Notes under the pieces: model-generated | Told to the model about the DNA's origin: nothing | The model's database searches: none | The model's input: only the letters and a program-made list of their open reading frames with translations | From: Paucimonas sp. | Lineage (GTDB): Bacteria; Pseudomonadota; Gammaproteobacteria; Burkholderiales; Burkholderiaceae_D | DNA length: 24,000 nt | Direction of reading: 5' to 3' | Assembly: GCA_035627375.1 (NCBI GenBank) | Contig: DASPLX010000034.1 | Coordinates: 43,033 to 67,032, forward strand | Shown: one piece after another, positions 17,292-23,259 of the stretch | Position numbering within the stretch: the first letter of the stretch is position 1 | Layout: the number at the start of each line of letters is the position of its first letter | Made by a program: the position numbers and the translations under genes

Positions 17292-17307
17292 TAGAGCGAT
17301 CGCTCTA
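17292..17307. promoter_or_regulatory. Perfect 16-bp palindrome TAGAGCGATCGCTCTA in the divergent control region
   Basis: Read directly. It lies in the AT-richer 606-bp intergenic region between the regulator gene and the secreted-protein operon. This is a candidate dimeric-regulator operator. Confidence 0.35.
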
Positions 17308-17646
17308 ATTGCCGTGCTTTTTTGGAATTCCGGCTGATTGCAGGAAAGAGAAGGCAAGCGAGGGCGTATTCGAGCGCAAGGGAGGACACTCTTCCGGTAT
17401 CCCTACTGAAGATAGGCATGGTCTTGTCTCCGTATATTCTGGCCGGTCTGGCGCCGGCTCATTATGAGGTGGCTATTATGCCGCAAAAAAATTGCCGCAC
17501 AACAGTTCCCGGGAGCGTGGATTTTTCCTTATGGAACAACAAGATGTGGAACGGAAACCGAATTCGCGCGCGTGGCTCTCGCTGCCATGCGTTTGGCTTC
17601 GGAGGTCAGCCCGCGAGGGCACGGGAATTCTGGCCACTGTCCTAAC

Positions 17647-17695
17647 ATGAAGGCTCTTAATATTGTCTCAATGTTAAGAGTTGCAGTGCCTTCAT
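17647..17695 (+). promoter_or_regulatory. Composite inverted repeat / leader hairpin about 30 nt upstream of the first secreted-protein gene
   Basis: Outer arms ATGAAGGC (17647-17654) and GCCTTCAT (17688-17695). Inner arms TCTTAA (17655-17660) and TTAAGA (17674-17679). The right outer arm reads GGATGAAGG on the minus strand, the same heptamer as the 14212 palindrome. Confidence 0.35.
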
Positions 17696-17724
17696 CCTTC
17701 CGAAATTCCTCTAGGAGACCGACT

Positions 17725-18255
17725 ATGAAATTTAGCTTGATCAAGAAAACCGCCATCGCCGCTGCGTTGTCCTCGTTCGCCCTGGGCGCGTCCGCCATGA
17801 CGACGATCGACGATGCGGACCTATCCAAGGTCAGCGGCCAGGACGGCGTGTCGATCGCCGTCGACCTGAATATCAATGTCGGTGAATTCAGGTACACCGA
17901 TACCGATACGGACGGCGGTTCGGTCAGCTTCAACAACATTCGGACGACCGGTACGATCGCCGCGACGCTGGACGTGATCAGCGGCGCGACTTTCGCGACC
18001 CTGGGTACCGGCGAAGCCTACACCGTGCTCGGCCTCGACCCGACCGCGGCCAATACGCAAGCCAACATCGCGGCCTTCTACGGCGGCGGCGACGTCGTGA
18101 AGATCGCCATCCCGGATCTGGACGTCACGGCCGGCCATACGCTGAGCCAGACCATCGACAGCATCCGGATGGGCGGCTCGACCAAGTCCTTCGGCAGCTT
18201 CGCGATGAACAACATCCGTCTCCAGGGCACGACGGCTTACATCTGGGCTCACTAA
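17725..18255 (+). CDS. Secreted subunit-like protein A (176 aa): Sec signal peptide + double-glycine-leader-like motif; candidate major subunit (DUF6160/FilA-like from memory)
   Basis: AGGAG lies 7 nt upstream of ATG 17725. Signal peptide MKFSLIKKTAIAAALSSFALGASA, then MTTIDDADLSKVSGQ|DGVSIAV. Mature part has no Cys, is Thr/Gly/Asp/Ile-rich and has repeated xNNIRxxGT blocks. The C-terminus is ...TAYIWAH. Confidence 0.85.
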   Translation: MKFSLIKKTAIAAALSSFALGASAMTTIDDADLSKVSGQDGVSIAVDLNINVGEFRYTDTDTDGGSVSFNNIRTTGTIAATLDVISGATFATLGTGEAYTVLGLDPTAANTQANIAAFYGGGDVVKIAIPDLDVTAGHTLSQTIDSIRMGGSTKSFGSFAMNNIRLQGTTAYIWAH

Positions 18256-18307
18256 GCCGGAACGGCGGCGCAATTCCCCGGGCCGCGTTCGCCGGCGTAA
18301 CACGGCA

Positions 18308-18340
18308 CCTCCCGGCAGCGGCCGGGAGGCCGTCTTTCCA
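18308..18340 (+). terminator. GC-rich hairpin after gene A (partial terminator/attenuator candidate)
   Basis: CCTCCCGGC-AGCG-GCCGGGAGG (9-bp perfect stem, 4-nt loop) followed by CCGTCTTTCC. The U-tract is weak, so read-through into genes B-D is likely. Confidence 0.5.
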
Positions 18341-18361
18341 ACGTCATTTCCCAGCGAGATC

Positions 18362-19138
18362 ATGATGCTTGCCCGCTTCTTGCCAGCCGGATGCCTGCTC
18401 GCCTTGGTATGCGCCGCTCCGGCATCGGCGCAACTGCGTCCCATGAGCGAACCCGAGCTGTCGGACATGCACGCTCAAGGCTTGATCGAATTGAGCAACA
18501 GCAGCCATGGCGGCTTCGATTTCACGCGCATCGCGTTCGGCGCGGACGTGCGATTGAATGCGAATTTCCGCAATATCCGTCTCGGCGAATATCACTACGC
18601 GACGCGCGACGGCAGCGGCGCCGACCTCGACATCCCGCTGCTGCGATTCGGCCGCACCGACGGCACGGCGGCGCAGCGCGTGGTGGAGATCACCAATCCC
18701 TATTTCGAATTCATCTATCGCAACGCGGGCAACGCGGCCCAACGAGAAATCGTCGGCATCCGCTTCGGCTTCGACGGCATCGCCGGCGACGTCGGCCTGG
18801 CGATGACGACGCTATCCGGCTCGCTGCGCATCGACGGCGGGGCGGCCGGGGTCCTCGATTCGCGCACCGATGCCGGCGGCGGCAAGCGCTGGGACGGCGC
18901 GTGCGCGGCGCCGTGCCTGAACCTGAACCAGATCGGCGGCGTGCGCGCCGGCGATCTGAGCGGTCCGAGCCGCGACTTCTGGGTCGCGGCGGTCAAGGTG
19001 CCGGTGCAATTCCAGGCGCCGTCCGGCACGACCCAGGTGCCGGATGTCGCGCAACCGGGCTTCTGGCTCAATTGGCGCGACAAGCTCGCCGCCATCAACG
19101 TCAACGGCGCGCCGCCGCCCAACGTCGCCGGAAAATGA
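18362..19138 (+). CDS. Secreted paralog B (258 aa) with degenerate GG-leader-like motif
   Basis: Signal peptide MMLARFLPAGCLLALVCAAPASA, then QLRPMSEPELSDMHAQ|GLIEL. It shares the FRNIRLG block with A, C and D. Mature part contains one Cys pair (GACAAPC). Its stop overlaps the gene C start. Confidence 0.8.
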   Translation: MMLARFLPAGCLLALVCAAPASAQLRPMSEPELSDMHAQGLIELSNSSHGGFDFTRIAFGADVRLNANFRNIRLGEYHYATRDGSGADLDIPLLRFGRTDGTAAQRVVEITNPYFEFIYRNAGNAAQREIVGIRFGFDGIAGDVGLAMTTLSGSLRIDGGAAGVLDSRTDAGGGKRWDGACAAPCLNLNQIGGVRAGDLSGPSRDFWVAAVKVPVQFQAPSGTTQVPDVAQPGFWLNWRDKLAAINVNGAPPPNVAGK

Positions 19139-20049
19139 CGATGAACGGGCCGATCCGACGCTGGCTCCGCTTTGCGGCCGCGACCTGTTGCGCGGGCATC
19201 GCAGCGGGAAGCGCCATGCCTGTCGCTCATGCGCAGGGCTTGCGCCCGCTCGACGACGCCGCGTTGTCGGCGGTGCAGGGGCGCGACGGCCTGAGCTTCG
19301 ACCTCGCGAACTTCTCGATGGCGGGCGACGCCCGCATCACCTATTACGCACCGGCGCCATCGACCGCTAGCGCCTGGGTCGGCAACTTGTATGCGGCGCG
19401 TTCCGACGATCCCGCCAACCCGTTCGGCGATCCCTATCGTCTCGACATCGTGCGGCGCGGCGGCGGCCTGGCCGATGTCGTCGAGCTCGCCTTTCCGGTC
19501 AACGCCAACGGCGCGCAGCGCTGGCAATTCGCCTACGACTGGGGCGTTGCCGCCGGCGGCATCGATGCTGAGGGCGGCAGCGTCGTATTCAAGGATGCGG
19601 TGTTCTACGGCGGCGGCATGCAATGGTCGACGCCGCGCGACGTCGAGGGCATGGCGTTCGGGCTCGCGCTGCGCCTCGATATCGGCAACCTGTTGCTGCG
19701 TCCGCGCGGACGCGGCGATATCGGCGCCGTCGATGGCGCCGCCGAGCAGATGAATATCCGCGGCGTGCGCATCGGCGCCGTCGACGGCGCCGGCAATTTC
19801 CTGGGTACGCCATGGCGCATCGCGGACGTGACGGCGCAACCCGGGATCGTCAACGCCGTACCGGACGCCAGCGGCACGCCGCGCCTGCATGTCGGCATCG
19901 ATTGGCCGGACACGGGCGCCGCCGCGCTCGGCGGACTGCAGATCGACAATCTTTCGTTCAAGAGCGATGTGACCGGCAATCTCGATCTCGGCTCGAGCCG
20001 TATCGGTTCGATGCAGATCCAGTATCTCGATATCAAATTTCGACCTTAG
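19135..20049 (+). CDS. Secreted paralog C (304 aa) with GG-leader-like motif
   Basis: ATG at 19135 overlaps the gene B stop (ATGA). This is only the last 304 codons of track ORF 18391..20049. Signal peptide ...AGSAMPVAHA, then QGLRPLDDAALSAVQGR|DGLSFDL. It contains an MNIRGVRIG block. Confidence 0.8.
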   Translation: MTMNGPIRRWLRFAAATCCAGIAAGSAMPVAHAQGLRPLDDAALSAVQGRDGLSFDLANFSMAGDARITYYAPAPSTASAWVGNLYAARSDDPANPFGDPYRLDIVRRGGGLADVVELAFPVNANGAQRWQFAYDWGVAAGGIDAEGGSVVFKDAVFYGGGMQWSTPRDVEGMAFGLALRLDIGNLLLRPRGRGDIGAVDGAAEQMNIRGVRIGAVDGAGNFLGTPWRIADVTAQPGIVNAVPDASGTPRLHVGIDWPDTGAAALGGLQIDNLSFKSDVTGNLDLGSSRIGSMQIQYLDIKFRP

Positions 20050-20052
20050 GCC

Positions 20053-20514
20053 ATGTTGAACCTGTTCATCCTCTTGCTATTGTGGTGCTGCTGCAGCCTG
20101 GCGGCGCAGGGAGCGCGTTCGCTGAACGACGAAGAGCTCGCGCAAATCAGCGGCGGCGACGGCGTCAGCATGGCGGTGCACCTGGCGCTGAACGATCCGG
20201 CCTCGTCCGGCGGCGGGAGCGAGAACCGGATCGCGATCGGTACCGCGGTCGATGGGCAGACCAATTACATCGTCGTCCGGAATCTGCGCGGCACGATCGA
20301 TATGTTCGCCGTCAATCTGAGCGTGCGGAAGAAGCCGGACGGCGGCGACTATCTTGCGCTCGGCCTGCCAGGCTATATCCGCTTCGGCGGCTTCGGCTTC
20401 GATTCCCTGAGCGTGCAGGCCGATCCTTCGGGGCCGGTCACGCAGAGCCTCGGACGGATCGATATCAACGGCACGCTCTCGATGCAAGGACAACTGCGCC
20501 TGTGGGCGCACTGA
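20053..20514 (+). CDS. Secreted paralog D (153 aa) with canonical double-glycine motif
   Basis: Starts 3 nt after the gene C stop. Hydrophobic N-terminus MLNLFILLLLWCCCSLAAQG, then ARSLNDEELAQISGG|DGVSMAV (motif codons 20122-20157). VRNLRGT block. C-terminus ...QLRLWAH, like protein A. Confidence 0.8.
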   Translation: MLNLFILLLLWCCCSLAAQGARSLNDEELAQISGGDGVSMAVHLALNDPASSGGGSENRIAIGTAVDGQTNYIVVRNLRGTIDMFAVNLSVRKKPDGGDYLALGLPGYIRFGGFGFDSLSVQADPSGPVTQSLGRIDINGTLSMQGQLRLWAH

Positions 20515-20557
20515 TCGAACCGGCAGCCTGTCTTTCTCCACGGATAGATGGAGTGAC

Positions 20558-20588
20558 TTGCAGCCGTTTGCCGGCCGCGCCGTATAAT
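20558..20588 (+). promoter_or_regulatory. Candidate sigma70 promoter for the receiver gene (TTGCAG-19 nt-TATAAT)
   Basis: Perfect -10 hexamer TATAAT at 20583-20588 and a -35-like TTGCAG at 20558-20563. The 19-nt spacer is longer than optimal. A second GTACAATGGC copy lies about 28 nt downstream. Confidence 0.3.
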
Positions 20589-20739
20589 GGCCGCAACGCC
20601 GCCGGTTCCCGGTACAATGGCGTATTACCGCAAGTAATGCGGCAGGCATTTTTTCCAGACAAGCATCCCGGCATCAAGAACGGCCCGCTTTCCTAGTTGA
20701 TTCTCCGGCCGCGCCGAGGCGGAATGCGATTCGACGACC

Positions 20740-21147
20740 ATGATATCGACACCCCCTATTCACGACCGCTCATTGACCGTACTCGTCATCGAGGACAACC
20801 GAGACCTTGCCCGCCTGTTCTGCGATCTGCTCGAGGTCATGGGATGCATCGCTCATGTCGCCTGGAGCGCGCAGGCGGGTCTCGAGTTGGCGCTGGAAAA
20901 GACGCCGGACCTGATTTTCTGCGACCTCGGCATGCCCGGCGACAAGGACGGTTTCGACGTGGCGGCGGAAGTGCGCGGCCATCAGTCGCTCAAAGATACC
21001 TGGCTCATCGCCGTGACCGGTTTCTCGGAAGCGGAGACCCATGAGCGGGCGCGCAATGCCGGCTTCAACCGGGTATTCGCCAAGCCGGTCAAATTCGCGC
21101 AATTGCAAAACGTTCTGAACGATTTCAAGATCGCGCATCCTCTCTGA
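20740..21147 (+). CDS. Single-domain response regulator (CheY-like receiver only)
   Basis: 135 aa. Receiver signature residues are present: VLVIEDN (acidic pocket), LIFCDLGMPG (phospho-acceptor Asp62), IAVTG and FAKPV (Lys). There is no output domain and no histidine kinase in the window. Confidence 0.85.
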   Translation: MISTPPIHDRSLTVLVIEDNRDLARLFCDLLEVMGCIAHVAWSAQAGLELALEKTPDLIFCDLGMPGDKDGFDVAAEVRGHQSLKDTWLIAVTGFSEAETHERARNAGFNRVFAKPVKFAQLQNVLNDFKIAHPL

Positions 21148-21404
21148 ATTTCCGATTCCCTCTTCTCCTTTCGGCGCCGTCGGACGGCATGCCCGTCGTC
21201 GCGCGTCCGCGCTCCGCGCCACGGGCTAGCCTTGCCGCGCCTGCGGTCATTGCCTATTTTTCATCCTGCGGCTTTTGTTGCATTTCGGCCTCTGTATTCT
21301 CTAAAACATTGGTCAAAACATATTCGGCCTCGTAACATGGAATCGCCATCGAACACTTGATGGCCATCAATCATCGGGATCTTCCAGAGACGAGGTAAAT
21401 GGCA

Positions 21405-21815
21405 ATGAAAAGCAAACTGTGTTTTCTTGCGCCGCTGGTTCTTTTGTCCGCGGTATCGTTGCCGGCCGCTGCCGAGCTGGCGATCATCGTGAATCCCCAG
21501 AATCCCGCGACACGCATGCTCGGTTCGCAGGCGGCGCAATTCTTTCTGGGCGGTTCGACCATGTTCGCGCCGGTCGAGCAGGCCGAGAATTCGCCGCTGC
21601 GGGCGGAGTTCTACAAGAAGGTTTTGGAAAAGGAGCCGGCCCAGGTGAAGGCCATCTGGGCCAAGCTGCTCTTCACGGGCAAGGTCAAGGCTCCGCAGGA
21701 AGGCAAGTCGAGCGCCGAAGTCAAGAAGCTGGTGAGCCAAAGCATGAATGCCATTGGGTACATCGAAAAATCAGAGGTCGACGACACCGTCAAGGTGGTC
21801 GCCATCATTCCTTGA
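21405..21815 (+). CDS. Short periplasmic PstS-like (type-2 PBP fold fragment) protein
   Basis: GAGG lies 9 nt before ATG 21405 (an alternative ATG is at 21399). Signal peptide MKSKLCFLAPLVLLSAVSLPAAA. ELAIIVNPQNP...FFLGG...AIWAKLLFTGK...NAIGYIEKSEVDDTVKVV matches the ~140-aa proteins commonly annotated as phosphate ABC substrate-binding protein. Confidence 0.75.
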   Translation: MKSKLCFLAPLVLLSAVSLPAAAELAIIVNPQNPATRMLGSQAAQFFLGGSTMFAPVEQAENSPLRAEFYKKVLEKEPAQVKAIWAKLLFTGKVKAPQEGKSSAEVKKLVSQSMNAIGYIEKSEVDDTVKVVAIIP

Positions 21816-21859
21816 GGCGCGACGCCGTCGAACCCAATTACCCTAACAGGAGATATTCG

Positions 21860-23020
21860 ATGAAGAAGATTTTGCTTGCTCTCGCGCTCGCACCCGCGAT
21901 GGCCTCCGCGATCGACCTCGATGAAAGCGGGTCTCTGAAATTGACCGGCTTCTACAGCGTTACCGGCGCCAAGGTGCTCAGCGGCAGCGCCCAGGGCGCC
22001 AGCGGTCCGTGGCAATACCAGGAATGGAAGTGTCCATGCAGCATGCAGAACTGGGAATACGTCGGCATGTACGAGAAGGAAAAGGGATGGCAATTCGACC
22101 AGGAATCGCTGGTCGGCGTGCAGATCAAGAAGGACTTCAGCCCGACGCTGTCGGCGACCGCCCAACTTCTCGCGCGCGCCAACAATCCGAACCGGGGATC
22201 GAGCCCGACCCTCGACTGGGCGTATCTGACCTGGCAGCCGGCCGCCGACTCGGCGTGGACGTTCCGCGCCGGCCGCTTCCGCATTCCGCTCTACTATTAC
22301 AGCGACTACCTCTATATCGGTTATGCCTACCCGTGGGTGCGCCCGGCGCCCGATGTCTACGGCTGGCCGATCTTCATGTACAACGGCGCCAATGCGAGTT
22401 ACAGCACCCAGCTCGGCAACTCGGATTGGGCGATGACCGCCAGTTTCTGGACCGGCAGTTATACGCAGAAGAACGATGCCTACTACACCAAGATCTATTA
22501 CACCACGCCGACGCATGACGCCTGGAAACGTATCGCGGGCAGCTCGGTGGCGGTCAACAACGGCATCTTCGATTTCCGCCTCATGCTCATGAGCCATCAT
22601 GAAACGGCATGGCAGGATAATCCGGACGGCACCAAAACCTATCTGGTGTCGAACATGCCGACCCGGATCATGGGCATCTCGGGCAACATGGACTACAAGA
22701 ACTGGCTGATCAAGACCGAAGTCGACCGCTTCGAGCAAGTCGATCCGGGAAAGAACATCAACTTCATCTACAAGTATGCGCTGGTCGGCGTCGGCTACAC
22801 GTTCGGGAACTGGACGCCGATGTACACCTTCTCTCGCTACACGACAGTCGCGGCCCCGGTCGAAGGCCGGCGGACGCAATACCTGTCGCTACGCTGGGAT
22901 TTCATGAAAAACACGGCATTGAAGGTGCAGTACGACATCTCGAAGGACAGGTCCCAATATTCTTACCCGTTCTTCGGAGATTCGAAAGTGTTGTCGGTGT
23001 CGCTGCAGGGCGTGTTCTGA
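21860..23020 (+). CDS. Outer-membrane beta-barrel (porin-like) protein, unknown family
   Basis: AGGAG RBS with ATG at 21860; only the last 386 codons of track ORF 21419..23020. Signal peptide MKKILLALALAPAMASA. Tyr/Trp-rich strand pattern. C-terminus VLSVSLQGVF ends in Phe. Visibly lower GC than the neighbouring genes. Confidence 0.75.
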   Translation: MKKILLALALAPAMASAIDLDESGSLKLTGFYSVTGAKVLSGSAQGASGPWQYQEWKCPCSMQNWEYVGMYEKEKGWQFDQESLVGVQIKKDFSPTLSATAQLLARANNPNRGSSPTLDWAYLTWQPAADSAWTFRAGRFRIPLYYYSDYLYIGYAYPWVRPAPDVYGWPIFMYNGANASYSTQLGNSDWAMTASFWTGSYTQKNDAYYTKIYYTTPTHDAWKRIAGSSVAVNNGIFDFRLMLMSHHETAWQDNPDGTKTYLVSNMPTRIMGISGNMDYKNWLIKTEVDRFEQVDPGKNINFIYKYALVGVGYTFGNWTPMYTFSRYTTVAAPVEGRRTQYLSLRWDFMKNTALKVQYDISKDRSQYSYPFFGDSKVLSVSLQGVF

Positions 23021-23043
23021 CGGGACGAAGCGGGGAGGAAGGA

Positions 23044-23070
23044 GCCGGCGCCAAGGCGCCGGCTTTTTTT
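23044..23070 (+). terminator. Rho-independent terminator
   Basis: GCCGGCG-CCAAGG-CGCCGGC followed by T7 (23064-23070), 24 nt after the stop of the OM barrel gene. Confidence 0.8.
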
Positions 23071-23259
23071 ATGCCGAATCCGGCGGGCGCGCCGCCCGTT
23101 CGGAGGCCATGTAGTCGCACCGTCGCTGCGTTGCCGCAAGCCTATGGAGGAACTTGGGCGTATAGTCGCGGCCATGCGACCGGAGCCAATCTCATCCATG
23201 CGAGAGGGCGCGTTCGCGTCGGAATCAGGACTGGTCTTTTTACTTTCGGGAGAATCACG

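Noticed and set aside
17322-17724. ORF 17322..17645 (107 aa), and the N-terminal extension of gene A from 17464 or 17647
   Set aside because: There is no RBS, the composition is atypical and the GC3 is low for this genome. The AGGAG-ATG at 17725 followed directly by a canonical signal peptide is the far better start.
18391-19134. Upstream part of track ORF 18391..20049, plus antisense ORFs 18715..19890 and 17821..18468
   Set aside because: They overlap gene B (which has a signal peptide and family motifs) in other frames and are Arg-rich. The real gene C begins at the ATGA overlap at 19135.
21419-21859. Upstream part of track ORF 21419..23020, and antisense ORF 21611..22879
   Set aside because: The upstream part overlaps the PstS-like gene out of frame. 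The barrel protein clearly starts at ATG 21860, which has an AGGAG site and a signal peptide.
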